From positions 25,980,001 to 26,044,000 of the forward strand of contig NC_087437.1 in NCBI RefSeq assembly GCF_036321535.1: a stretch of 64,000 bases of DNA, given 5' to 3'. The translations under genes were made by a program, and so were the position numbers. Below are positions 51,301 to 64,000 of this stretch, piece by piece (the first letter of the stretch is position 1; every line of letters begins with the position of its first letter). This stretch comes from Camelus dromedarius (Eukaryota). The notes beneath the pieces are model-generated. The model was not told the DNA's origin. It searched no databases and worked only from the letters and a program-made list of their open reading frames with translations.

Positions 51301-54300
51301 AAGCCCCATGTGCTACATTACCACTTGCCTAGTTTACACAGTCGAATTCTAATAAATCTATAAATGCTTTAAGAAATCAATCCTGTGGGGTTCAGCTACA
51401 AATATAATGAAGTATTTCATCAACTAGATAGAAGTCTATAGTGAGTAGCATGAATAATTTTCCCAGGAGATTCTTAAAATGTTAAACAGTGCCATATAAA
51501 AGTGTAGACACTTGCACTAAAGTGACCTCAGAGGAAAATGTAATGACCCTGGAGGAGTCCCATTAGAAAGTCAAAAATCGGGTCCTCCCACACTTCCCCC
51601 TTCCTTCTTTTCAGGAAACAAGTTGGCACACCGTGCAGTGAAAGGGGAGACGAAGCAAAATTTGTGCTCAGTGGCCTGGAGTGCGATGCTCAGGGGCTCC
51701 AGCAAAACCTTCACAAGTCAAACTGACGTGGTTATAGATTTCCAGAAATGTAAGTAAAGTCAATTTAAAATATTTATTTTAGAATGCATGTAATGGAGTA
51801 TGAATTGCTCCAACAACTCAAAGGTCCAATACTGAAAAAAATCGCTGTAGCCCCAAATGGCATAGAAATGAGACGGTCCGTGTCTCCATTTTGAAGTGCA
51901 TCCTCTCAAATCATTCAAGTTTGGGTGTAGATTGGCCAGGCATCCTCTGCCCCAGGGGAGAGGCAGTGGGTCCAGTGCTGTCTTTACTTCTCTTGGCCAC
52001 ACGGTGTCACTGTTGAAGACCATTTGATTCACTTTAAACTGCTTCCTCTCAGTGAGGAGCCGGCAGGATGCCAGTCCCTGAAGGGGCCACAGGGGGCTCT
52101 ACACGGAGGACAGTGCCCTCCCTCGGCCCTCAGTTCTGCCAGGGGCCCCAACGTGGCTGCCCTCTCAGCCAAGCTCTGTTTTTGTACACCCAGAGCTGGC
52201 TCCTGGCCTGGAATCGGAATGGATCCCACTGTTCATGGAACACCCTCCCATCGTTCCTCTCCAGTGATGGCCAAGGGGCAAGGTGGCAGCAGACTTCACC
52301 ATCCAGCCCCCTGCCCCCCAACTTCCCAAATGTAAAGGGTCCCTTTAAGTCGCCTTTCCCTAGGCAATCTGGGCTACTCACCCTTTACTTATCTTATGTG
52401 GTTTAAATGATACGTATCCTCCTAATGGAACACTGCCCCCAGGAATCCACAGAACTATTTTCTATCCTGGTCTGTAAGGAAAAGTATCTTGTACTTTTCT
52501 CAACTAAAGAAGTGTAAAAATACAAGAGAAGATTATCTCCTTCTCTAGGGCTAAAATAAAATAATACGAAATATATTTCCATTCTATCATTTTTTAATTT
52601 GTCAATGAAAATATAGATCTGTAATATAATAGCTTTGTAATAGTAAATGTAACCAATCCCTTGGAGGTGTTTATTCCTTCCATGTCTCCCCACTCCCAGC
52701 TCTGTCCCTGTTTTTACCACACTCTGCTTAAATATGGTCTGGTCTAATGCCATGTTTATTGAGAAGGGAGTGAACTTGATCAAGTCAGGGGCAAACCTGG
52801 GACTGAGGCCCTAGCCTCTAGTCCAGAGCTCTTTCTGCAACACAACCCTGCCTCTCCATAGCTGGAGAAGGCTCCCAGGCTGGGAAGGCCAAGGAATGTC
52901 CTAGAGGCTGGATGGGAGATGGAGATGAGTCATGGTGGGTGCTCAAGGCAGACTCCCCCCAGCATCTGCTCTAGTTGCCCGTATCCCTGCACTGAACGCA
53001 CATGTCTTTTTCCAGGGATCAGTGAGTTCAAACTGCAGCTGGTCTTTGGAGCAGCCTGAGTCCGCTCTTTGCCTTCCACATCTCCCTTTCTGTCCCAGGC
53101 ACAAAGTACCCCCAACGTGGGGTCCCCATCAAAACTCCTGATAGCAAACAAGTCATTGTCTCGGCCGCCTGGAGTCCCTTTTTTCTTTCCTTGGGGAACT
53201 ACCCTCTAGCATTCCATGTGATCCTCGTGTAATCCTGGCCTGTCCCAACCACCCCTAGCCTTCTGCTGTGTAAACAAACACATGACCAGCGCCCAGTGTG
53301 GAAGCCACGAAGAACAAAGAGCCCTATCTGAAGCTTTAAGAATTTCAATTCAGAAGACTCAGATTTGAGTAAAACTGGAAAAGTGTTCTGAGGAAGAGAA
53401 AAAGCCAAGGACTTATAAAGACAAAAGCCACTCCAGCTTTCCCAATGCTACTTGCTGAAGAGACTGTAAGGATTAAATTTTATAATAAATTATATAGAGT
53501 CGCTCTCTTGCTTACATACCTGTCACAGAGCAGATGCCAAGGCCTAGCTCTTCGCTCTCCTGTCCAGCTGCCCCTTACTAGTTTATACCCATAGGAATTA
53601 AGTAATTTCAAGGATCCTGAATAAAATAGAAAGCTGAAATTATGGGGAAAGAAAGACAAAAGCCACAAGGTGGTTTAAGTTGCCCAGCAAGAATTGTGAC
53701 AGACTGACGCAAGTTAGGAAGTATTTGTCCTGAAGGAATCACAGCTAATTCTAGGGCAGGATTCGGTGAGGAGATAGGCCGTCACGCATTCGTTTAGAGT
53801 AAGGGTCCGATAAAGTATCTGGAGTAGGACGATGGGTGGTTCAAAGGTCAGTTGCCATCCCTGCACAAGGCAGGCTTCCTCAGTGGCCCCCTTGGCTCCG
53901 TTTTAGAGAGTTCTCTTAGTAACGGTGACTCCGTTTTTATTTTCCTTCCACACTGGGCAGTCAAACTGTCTTAACCCCAGGGCCACAGCTAGTTGGTCCT
54001 GTGACCCAAGCAAGGCAGTTATGGCTCTTCCTTGGAGTTTTGTTTGTGGACACTGGGAGAGATGACTCTTTCCCCTGGGGTCACCAAGCTGAGATGATAA
54101 ATCATTTAAGTGAGGAATTCGTTGACATTGTGTATTCCGCCCACACACTGGCCCCTTGGAGGAAGGTCACCTGCAATAAGAGAAATGAGGCCGACATGCC
54201 AGGTGATGTAGAGGTAGGAGATGGGAGGGACAAGGACAACAGAATGTGTAGCCAGCACTGGGCAAGGCCCAGTGGCCCTTGAACTCGTTGGTATCTGAGT

Positions 54301-54350
54301 CAAGTTTCTGTCACATTTAACATATTACCCCTTTCAGTTTTTTCCTCTGT

Positions 54351-55085
54351 GTGATATAGTAAGAAATATATTTGGCCTTTGTCTCTGAGTTCCAGCACAG
54401 AGCTCCCCAAACCCTTGGAATTTCCTGAGTAATAGGAGTGTCTTTTATTATTCATAATGAACCCCTTTGGTCACACCGGAGTTTGTGCTGATGCTGTGAC
54501 TCGGGGTGGGGCCCCAAGATAGCCTCAGGAGGGGGCTGGTCACCAGAAGGACCAAGAGATTAGAAGGTCAGAAGATTTAGCCCTACCCACTGACCTCCAG
54601 AAAGTGGAAGGAAGGCTGGAGGATAAGCTTTATAAAAATTCTTGAACAATAAAATTTGATAAGCTCCAGGTTGGTGAGCACATCAAGGTGCTGGGAGGGT
54701 GGTCCACCCAGGGAGGGGGTGGACACTCGGTGCCCGCCCCCCACACCTTGCCTTGTGCACCTGTCCCATCTGGCTGTTCCTGAGTTACGTCTTAATAATG
54801 AACTGGCAAGCATGAAATGTTTCCCTGAGTTCTGTGAGCCATTCCAGAAAATTATCAGAACCCCCAATTCATGGCCATTTGGTCAGATGTACAAGTGGCT
54901 CAGGACTAGCAACAGGCATCTGCAGTGCAGGCAGTCTTGGGGACCAAACCCTTAAATCTGTGGGATCTGACACTAACGCCAGGTGATTAGTAACAGAATT
55001 GCATTTAATTGTTTGACACCCGGTTGGCGTCCAGAGAATTGGAAAACTGATGGTTGATGCTGGAAAACACCCCCTATTTTGTCAA
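54351..55085 (+). mobile_element. Solo LTR, MER21-like
   Basis: tgtgatatagtaagaaatatatttgg...cagagctccccaaacccttggaatttcctgagt...ttccctgagttctgtgagccatt, matching the recalled MER21 pattern. Confidence 0.65.
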
Positions 55086-56309
55086 AATACATGTATGCTG
55101 GTTCTCATTTGCAACTCTACTTTTGTGAAGAGAGCTGCACAGCTACTCCGTGCTGGGGCCAGGGCTGTGAGTGTGTCAAACTCCCGGCCATCCTGTGTGC
55201 ACTGTCTGTCTCGCTGAAGCTCCGCCCCTTCAAATGGGCAACACCCGCACCCCAGAAGCCCTCCACGTGCCCTTCCCTGCTCAGCCCACGTCTCCTTCTC
55301 GCTTCCCTAAAAGTAACCGTTGTCCTGATTTAGTAGTAATCCTTACTTTTCTTTATAGTTTTACCACCCAAGTGCATCCCCAAACACTGTAATTTAGTTT
55401 TGCCTTTTTGGGGTGAGGGAGGAGTGGGGTATTGGGGAAAGAATATGTCTTACACCAAAGAAGAAATCCTTACAGTGGACAGTGGTTCCCAAGCTTTTCA
55501 GGGCAGTGGTTCTTAAGCTTGTATAAGCATCAGAATCTCCCGGTTCGTTCAAACACAGGGGGCTCGTGGGCTCCAGTCCTCTATGGGCTGGTTCACGAGA
55601 TCTGGAGTGAGGACTGAGAATCTGCATTTCAAACGTGTTCCCAAGTGATGCTGATGATGCTGAGCCAGGACGCACTTTGAGGACTGCAAACTTAGAGTCC
55701 GTGGGGCTATAATCCAGGGCTGCCCTAAACTCATCTCAGAACAACCAGGCTTCTTATTTCCAATAATACCTTGGAAATCAGGATTTGATGGCTCCAGAAT
55801 TTTGAAATGCACCTGCTTATTCTTTTTAACATGCTGGCCAATGACAATTTGCTTAGCCAGTCCCCTTGTGCCACCAAAAGAGCCCACTTCTGAAATCCTG
55901 GGTGCTCTTTCTGTGTTTAGAGCTCCCATTCAGAGCCAAACCACTGCTGTACAAAGGTCAGAGAACTAGGGTGGCCAAGTTCTTTTGGGTGACTAACCTC
56001 GAGAATTCAGATGCATTTCTTTCAAAAGCGAGGTAAGTGAAATCCTACGACTCTCCATTCTACACACAGAAGCCGAAGGAAAGAACCTGACCTCCAGCCA
56101 CACCAAACAGTCAGGCTCAAAGTGTTCTTTTCATTCCATTGGCCACTCCAGCTCCACTGCTGCATAAACTGAAGCTATGAGTTTGATGGTTGTACAAACC
56201 TAAGGGCGGACCCAACAAAATTCATAGGAGGTAAAAAGGAAAGTGCAAAACAAGGGGGGGAAACTGACATTTCTTCTTACTTTCTGTTGATCACTCAGTG
56301 TGCTGGGTG

Positions 56310-56825
56310 TTGTGGCAGCCAGTCTCCAGGATGGCTCTCAGTGATCCCTGCCTCCTACATTGACCCCTCCCATCTCATACCAGGGTTGGTCAGTGTGACT
56401 AATAGAATATGGCAGAAGAGATGATATGTAACTTCCAAGCTTCCAAGATTAAGTATAAAAGCCTGCAGCTTCCATCTTTCCATCTCTGTCTCTGTCTCTA
56501 ATCTCTCTCTCTTTGATGAGTCCAGAAGAAGCCAGCTGCCTTGTTGTAAGCAGCTCAAAGAAGAGGGCCACACTGCAAGGGACTGAGATTTCCTGCTGAG
56601 AGTCTCATGAGTGATTTCAGAAGTGGATCTTCCACCCCCCAAGTCAAGCTTCAGATGACAGCAGACCCAGATGACACTTTGCCTCATGAGCAATCCTGAG
56701 CTAGAACCTGAGCTAAACCATTACTGGATTCCTGGCCCCCAGAACCATGAAGAAAAAAAATGTTTATGGCTTTAAGCTGCTAGGTTTAGGGGTAATCTGC
56801 TACACAGCAGTTAATAATAAATACA
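56310..56825 (+). mobile_element. MaLR LTR (MLT1F-like)
   Basis: tgtggcagcc...gatggctctcagtgatccctgcctcct...ttaagctgctaggtttaggggtaatctgctacacagca. Confidence 0.62.
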
Positions 56826-58602
56826 GGTGCTCTAACGATACCGCATGTGAGCTTCTAACAACCTGAGGGACTGTTCTTGTCACATTTCACTTGCCATCAA
56901 TGTCAAGATACCCCGCTTATTCTATGAACCACTAAGAAAGGAAAGAAATGCTGTCAAACCATGACATGTCTTCACCTGTGAGATGTGCTCCAATATCATG
57001 TATGTTACAGTGTAACAAAAACAAGCAACCTAGAATTGATAAAACACGTTATCTGCTTTTTAAGGCAGACATTTCTTCTCGTGCACTGGAGGAATGAAAG
57101 TTTTCTTTTTCATCCCCATTATTTAGCTTTGTGTGGAGTAGCTACTTAGCACACGCCAGTTGAAATGTTTTGTTTTGGCTAGGGAGGTCCACATGACTTC
57201 TAGGGCAAAGCTGGACTCAGCACAGATCTTGTTTTTAATTCTAGATCTATATGGGAAAATTTGAGAAGACATAAGTTCTCCTAATTCTCACGTTAGTCAA
57301 AGGAAGGCTCCTTTCTGGATTCTTAATCAGCACGGTCCTGTACATTTCCTCTTGGTGATGTGCAAATGTACTGCATATGTTGCCCTTTAAAATCAGCCCA
57401 AGGCGGCTCCCAGCTCCTTAGAGGAGCTGACCTGGGTGTCCGTGCCAGCATTCTTGTGTGCGTTATCCAAGCCAGACATTATCACTCCCACTGGACATAT
57501 GAGAGAAGAGAAGCTGAGAGACATTAAGAAACGTGCTTAAGGTAACAACACTAGAAAGTGATGAAGGCTGGGGCTGGGATTCTGCTAAGCTGTTCTTACT
57601 GCTACCCCTCCCACATCACTGCGCCTTCTCCAGAGAACAGTGGTGTGGCCTCTCTCCTGGCCTTAGATGATAGTCACTGTGAAGCAAAAAATGCAGCCAA
57701 CTCTCGAGAGTATTCAGTGGCCTCTAAATATGCCTTTTACATGAATAGCTGATGTCTTTTATCATGGGAACACAGAATGTTTCATAAACATTAGCTCATT
57801 AGTCCTCACAGCACCAGACATTTTCAAACAAATGAGTTAATGTTTGCAGAAAGTCCCTGAGATTTGAAGACTATAGGCACAGTATGAAGGTTCAGCATTG
57901 TTCCAAAGCTGGTACAGCATTGTTCCAAAGCTAGAACAGCTGTCACCAGGTCACAGCCTTGGAGAACTCTTCTATGAAAACGTCAGACCTTCCAAGTTGT
58001 GGAGATGGAGGCAGAAGCAAGGGTAGGCAAATCCAACAAAGACATCTCTGGTTTGGAAAGGGAGTAAATCTATGAAGCAGAGATGCTAAAGGGGAATCCA
58101 TTGGCAACTCTGACGAATGAATGATGATTGCCTGATAAGTTGAGTGGAGAAGGCTCATTAGGAAAGAGTTCTGGGAGTGATTACTAATGTCTGCCATGAG
58201 CACAAGACTGGAGAGTTTAAAGCACATGTTCCAGGAATTTCCCTTATTGCTACAGATCCGTAATTCTCAATCTGGGCCACATATTGGAATCACCCAAAGA
58301 GCTTTTAAAAAACACTGGTGCCCAGGCCTCATCCTAGACTGACTGAATCAGATTTCAGGAGTGAGGCCTGGAAGTCTATATATTTTTTTGAGTGCTAGTG
58401 ATTCCTATTGGCATCCAGGTCCAAGATCTACTACTGTGAGATTGTCACTTTCTAGGGCAGTGGTTCTTGGCCTTGACTGTATTGGGATTACATGGGTTGT
58501 ATTAAAAATTTATTGATGTCTAGTTTGCAACCCTATATGTCCTGATTTAACTGATCTGGCGGATAGCCTAGCCATTGGGAATTTCAAAAGCTATCAGGCA
58601 AT

Positions 58603-59960
58603 TTTTTTTTTTTTTTACAGACAGAGCAGTTGTAGGTTCAATTTTAGCAAATTTAAACAGAAAGTACAAAGGATTCATTTCCCATACCCCTCTGCCCCCA
58701 AGCAGACACAGCCTCCCCCAGTATCAACAGCCCCCACCGGAGTGTGCATTTGTTACAATGAGGAACCGACAATGATGCAACGTAATCATTCAAAGTCCAT
58801 TGTTTACACCAGGTTCACCCCTTGGTGTTGTACATTCTATGGGTTTACGTAACTGTATAATGATGGGTATCCACCACTATATAGTGACATACAGAGTAGT
58901 TTCACTGCCCTAAAAATCTTCTAATGCCCTCGGTCTATTCATCCCTCTCCCCCCTCAATCTTTTTACTGTCTTCATAGCTTTACTTTCTCTAAAATGTTA
59001 TATATTTGGAATCACACAGTAAATTTAGCCTTTCCAGACTTTCCTTTCCTTTCCTTTCTTTCACTTAATAATATGCATGTAAGTTTCTTCCATTTCTTTT
59101 CATGGTTCGATACCCCATTTCTTTTGAGCACTGAACAATATTCCATTGTTAGGTGTAGCACAGTTTATATATATCCACCACCTACCGAAGGATGTCTTAG
59201 TTGCTTCCAAGTTTTGGCAGTTACAAATAAATCTACTATAGACATCTATGTGTAGGTTTTTGTGAAAATGTAAGTTTTCAACTCATTTGGGCATATACGA
59301 AGGAGCGTAATTGCTGGATTGTATACTAAGAGCATGTTTAGTTTTCTAAGAAACTACTGTACTGTCTTCCAAAGTTGCATTCCCACCGCTGTGACTGAGA
59401 GCTCCTGTTGCTCCACACCCTCACCACTGTTTGGTGCTGTCAGTGTTTTGGATTTCGGCCATTCTAATTGGTTGGTAGTGGTATCCTGTGGTTTAACTTG
59501 CAGTTCCCTCATGACATCTGATGTTGGGCATCTTTTCCCGTGCTTATTTGTCATCTGTGCCTCTTATTTACTGAGGTGGCTGGTCAGGTCTTTTGCCCAT
59601 TTTTAAATCAGACTGTTTTCTTACTGTTGAGATTTGAGAGTTCTTTATATGTTTTGGATAATTGTCCTTTTTCAGATGTGTCTTTTGCAAATGTTTTCTC
59701 CCAGTCTGTGACTTGTCTTCTCATTCTCTTGACAGTGACTTTCACACAGCAGAAAATTTCAATTTTAATGAAGTCTAGCTCATCAATTATTTCTCTCCTA
59801 GGTTATGCCTTTGGTGTTGTACCTAAAAACTCATTGCCATACCCAAGGTCATCTCGATTTTCCCCTATGTTATCTTCTAGGAGTTTTATAGTTTTGCTCT
59901 TTACATTTAGGTCTGTGATCCACTTTAAGTTAATTTTTGTGAAGAGTGTAAAGTCTATGT
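58603..59960 (-). mobile_element. Older L1 (L1MA/MB-type) fragment
   Basis: Antisense L1 ORF2/3' UTR text (ttttgcccatttttaaatc, ttttcccctatgttatcttctaggagttttatagttt). This explains the spurious 196-aa ORF at 59540-60130. Confidence 0.85.
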
Positions 59961-61771
59961 CAGTATTTCATGACTTGGGTGAGGAAGAGGAAGGTGAGGC
60001 AACAATTAATGAGACTGATAATGTAACTCCTCTTCTAATCTTTCTATTCATAGATCAAATATTAATATATGGAACACATAACTTTATAGTTTGCAACAAA
60101 GTTGCTTTCCCACTGCTATGGTTAAATTAGCATATATGATCAAATTTAACCATCCCAATCATGATAGGCAGGTAGAGATAACATTACCATCTCCACTTTA
60201 CAGGTTAGAAAACTGAGGCTCAGAGAGAAAAAGTGACTTGTCCAAGATCAACAGCCATAACCCAAATCCTGGGTTCCTGAGTGAAACTCAGCATCCTTTT
60301 TATTGTTCTTCAGCTACACAAATTTCTATGGTTCTTCAGTTACTCAAATGTGCTTATCAAAAGATCCACCAGTAATAAATTCCCTATGGCATTAAAGGGG
60401 GAATGATTTCTAAAGAGTAAAAGAAGGGATCTTCAAAAAAGCAAGTGGAGAGAACTACTTGCCTGGTCTATGGAAATCGTTTAGTTTTACCTTCAGAAGC
60501 AGAGCTGATGGGAGGGTTTGAGGTGTGGAGCCATGAAAAGTGTGGTGCTCAGGGAGGGTCCAGGGAGCCTCTGCATCCCTGCGCATTCTGTCTCTCTACA
60601 CCTGAGCCCCATTCTCCCATCTGGCATATCTCCACGAACCATCAAGCCCTGATATCCTCACCTGCGTAGGGAGCCCTGATGATGTGGACATGAATATTTC
60701 TCTCATTATACAGGATGAGACTCACCATTGCCTCTAGTGTGACGCTCCCCTGGGCCAAGGAAACACCCAGTGGTTCACAGGTTACCTGACTCACAGGGCT
60801 CCCTGACCCTCTAGCCATGGATGCTGAAGACTGAGTCACCCAGCTTGCCTTTGCAGAAACTATTTACTAATATGTCACTTCATTTCTGTCCCTTCCCGAC
60901 CTCAAGCTTTGCCTGCGGCACACCCATAGCATATCTTTACCCACTAAACCTCTACACCCATGCGTGAGAGGAAATATTGGCTGGTGCAGATGAAAGCTGC
61001 TTCTCAGCCTTTGCAGGGGTTTGTAGTTTACACATACCACTGCCCACACTCACATACAAGCGCACCCTGTGATAAACTCAGAAATGGAGTTGGTGGGAGA
61101 ACCGGCTTGGTCCTAGATTATGGAGGGATGAAATGACTCATAATTGGGTTATTTATATCTCTGAAATTCTGTTGTCTCTCCCACTCAGAGAGGTCTCCGA
61201 CTTGGAGACCAAAGCAGCTACAATAAAAATTTTTTTCTCCAAAATTATGACATTGGAAATCAGGGCTTCCCCCCAAACCTAGGGAGCTGGATTGTTTAAA
61301 GGGCCCATGATGTTCTTATATGGGAGCAAGGTCCGCAAGGGCAGTAGCCCTGCACACTTATCCCAGAGCAGAAGAAATGGGCAGAGACCATACCAGCGTT
61401 CCTGCCCGCTGAACAGGCAGCAGCTAACTATATTGAGAATTTTCTTTTCATCCTAAGCTCCTGGTTGTCATCGAAGGACTCCTCTGACCTCAACCCTCTC
61501 TTGTCATTTAACAAGTTGATCATATTTCCAACTCTGTGCTTTTCATCTGCTGTTCACTTTCTTTCCAAAGCTGCAGCTCCAAGGTCCGCAATCTGGGAAG
61601 TTTTGAGTTAAACAAGTTTTTACAAGACTTGGAAACTGTTAACGTGTGTGATGAATCTTCAAGAAAACCTGTGTGTGCTGTTTCTCAGACTTTTCCAAGG
61701 ACATCTCACAGGACAGCTGTTTTGATTTAGAAGATGCTGATGAAGTCTCAGACAGGCTGCTGTCTCTTCCT

Positions 61772-62205
61772 CTAGTTTCTAGGTTGAATTGTGTCGCCTG
61801 CAAAAAATATATGCTGACGTCTGAATACCTAGCACCTCAGAATGTGACCCTATTTGGAAATACAGACTTTATAGAGGTAATCAAGTTAAAAAATGGAATC
61901 ATTAGGGCAGGCCCCAATGCAATACAACTGGTGTCCTTATAAAAAAGGGAAATTTGGACTCAGACGTGCACAGGACGATGTGAAGAGACACAGGGAGAAG
62001 AAGGCCTTGCACAAGCCTGGAAGTGCCTGAGGCTACCAGAAGCCAGGTTAGAGGCCCAGAGCAGCCCTTCAGAGGGAGCAGGACCCTGCTGGCCCCTTGA
62101 TATCAAACTTCTGGCCTCCAGAACTGTGAGACAGTAGTTTCTGCTGTTCTAAGCTGCCCAGTTCGTGGTGCTTGGTTGCGGCAGCCCTAGTAAACTGATG
62201 CACCC
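61772..62205 (+). mobile_element. MaLR LTR (MLT1B-like)
   Basis: ggttgaattgtgtc...cctcagaatgtgaccctatttggaaata...cttctggcctccagaactgtgaga. Confidence 0.75.
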
Positions 62206-64000
62206 CCTAATGTCCACTTTCTCAGCTGCGTGGTAGGCAAGTCAGATTCACTTTTTTCTCTCTGTTTCTTAACAAATTTTTCAAAAATTTTCATAATAAG
62301 CTTAAAAATAACAAAAATACCCATTCTTCTCTTTTTCCATTATAATAGAAGTATCCATTTTTAGCTAGGCAAATGGCCAGCTAAGCTAAAGTTCAGCAAA
62401 CTCTTTCTTTAAAGGGCCAGATAGTAAATATTTAAGGCTTTGTGGGACAGATATGTTCACTGTCCCAACTGCTCAGTTCTGCCATTGTACCTGAAAAGCA
62501 CCCATAGACAGTATGTAAGCAAGTGAGCGTGGCTGTGTTCCCATGACTCTAGTCACAAAAACAGACAGCAGAGCAGACTGGCCCGTGAGCCATAGCTTGC
62601 TGACCCCTGATCACGAGCACCTGCTACATGCCAGGCTCTACTCTACGAGCTGGGGATGCAGAGTGAGCAGCACAGTCAAGGCTCTGCCTCCTGGAGTTTG
62701 GAAAATCTTGTTGTCGGCTGTGTCTTCAGCACCCTGTGCAGTGCAGGGCACACAACGTGCAGTCCAGAAATATTGAACAGTGAGTGACTGACAATCCCCT
62801 GGCGGGATTGCTAGGCCAATGAGATGCTAACTAAAGCACAACAAAAGAATCTCCATTGGTAGTTTGAATCCTTAACAAGGTAAAACCAAACAAACCTACA
62901 TTAATAGGTTCTTATATGCACCAAAAACCACGTACAAGAATGATCATAGCAACGTGTTTCCTGGAAACAACCTAAATATCCATTCATAGAACTATGGGTA
63001 AACACACTGTGGTATATTCAAACAATGGAACACTATACAGCAAATGAAATGAGTAAACTACTGCCATATGAGACAACACACATGACTTTCAAAAACATTG
63101 CAAACTGAAACCATCCCCCTCAGCTTGGACACAGAGGACTGAAACCATAAACCGCTCCAAGGCTCACTGTCTGTCGTGATGTGATCATTCCACAGTCTTT
63201 GCTATCATAGCTTTACTACTCCGGGATGCTGTTGCCCAGGAAAATAACTTTATTGTTCATTATCAGAACTTCTGGAAAGACATCTCTTCAATAGAAACAT
63301 CAACAGTTTACATCTTGAGAGTCTTTGCACCTCTCACCTCAAAATCCTTGCTTTGCTGTTCCCATCAATCCTAAAAGATATCATAATCCTTATTAATCCT
63401 GTTGAAGCTCTCCCATCAAAAGACTCACCTTAAACCAGAATCAAAATCTCAAATTCAACTTTTTCCCTCCCTCTCCGACACGCTACCAAAACTCCTTCAC
63501 GGTGGTGTTCCCCCCGACGGCAGGAAGCAATACACCCAGTTTTGTCTTACAAACAGATTATTCCGGTAGTATTTCTGGAGCCAGCATTCAATAGCTTAAT
63601 GTTTAGTGAGAAAAACCAGACACAAAAGAGAACATGCTTTATGAATCAATTTATATTAAGTTCAGGAAAAGGCAAAACTAACGTATGCTAATGGAAATCA
63701 GAACTGTAGTTACTCTGGGGGAGTGTAGTGGTAGCGGGGTGCCTGTTGCCTGCGAGTGGACCTGAGAGAGGTTTCTGGGTGCTGGACATGTCCTGGCTTT
63801 TGATCTCCATGGTGATGACATGTGTATAAACATATGTAAAACTTATTGAGTTATACATTTTTCTGTGCATTTTACTGCCTGTAAGAAAAGTGGTTTTTAA
63901 AAGATTTTTTAAATGTTTAAAAATGTAATAGGTGTCAAAGATCATGGGGAGAGCTGACTGTAGTTTTAGAACGACTATATTAGTTAACAGGTTTCCTTAA

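Noticed and set aside
52400..52540. Possible CP exon 2 homolog on the minus strand (scattered LYFYT, IE, GFLG, YV-HL fragments)
   Set aside because: It needs many indels and lacks a coherent exon frame, unlike the well-preserved true exons; probably chance.
54060..54303. Minus-strand acceptor-like ttattgcag|GTGACC with short ORFs, considered as an exon of a neighbouring gene such as TM4SF18
   Set aside because: No frame resembles a CP-family or L6 tetraspanin sequence that I can recognise.
57893..57936. 22-bp tandem duplication (cagcattgttccaaagct...) and microsatellites elsewhere (TG at about 523-556, TA at about 31386-31414)
   Set aside because: Ordinary slippage repeats. There is no spacer structure, so not CRISPR-like, and no functional cue.

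Overview
Mammalian genomic DNA, very probably from a camelid, judged by five copies of a tRNA-derived SINE resembling Vic-1. The window covers the 5' end of ceruloplasmin: CP coding exon 1 is at 7525-7670 on the minus strand, intron 1 runs off the left edge, and the promoter is at about 7700-7850. The main hidden structure, which the ORF track shows only in fragments, is a second multi-exon multicopper-oxidase gene upstream of CP in the same orientation. I could trace 11 exons (21725-42566, minus strand) matching CP exons 8-18 in order and phase. All domain-4 and domain-6 copper ligands are retained. Nine exons carry lesions: stops, frameshifts, broken splice sites or in-frame deletions. This is an unprocessed pseudogene, by position the CPHL1 (ceruloplasmin/hephaestin-like) locus. 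Its 5' half (exons 1-7) is not visible, and a 200-N scaffold gap follows 144 bp after the last traced exon. Between the pseudogene and CP lies a decayed class III (ERV-L/HERV-S-like) provirus with a tRNA-Arg PBS, gag-pro-RT-RNaseH, an env remnant and a nested solo LTR that points at CP. The rest is ordinary interspersed repeat (L1, L2, MIR, MaLR, hAT). All homology calls come from manual translation and recalled sequences, not database searches, and repeat boundaries are approximate.
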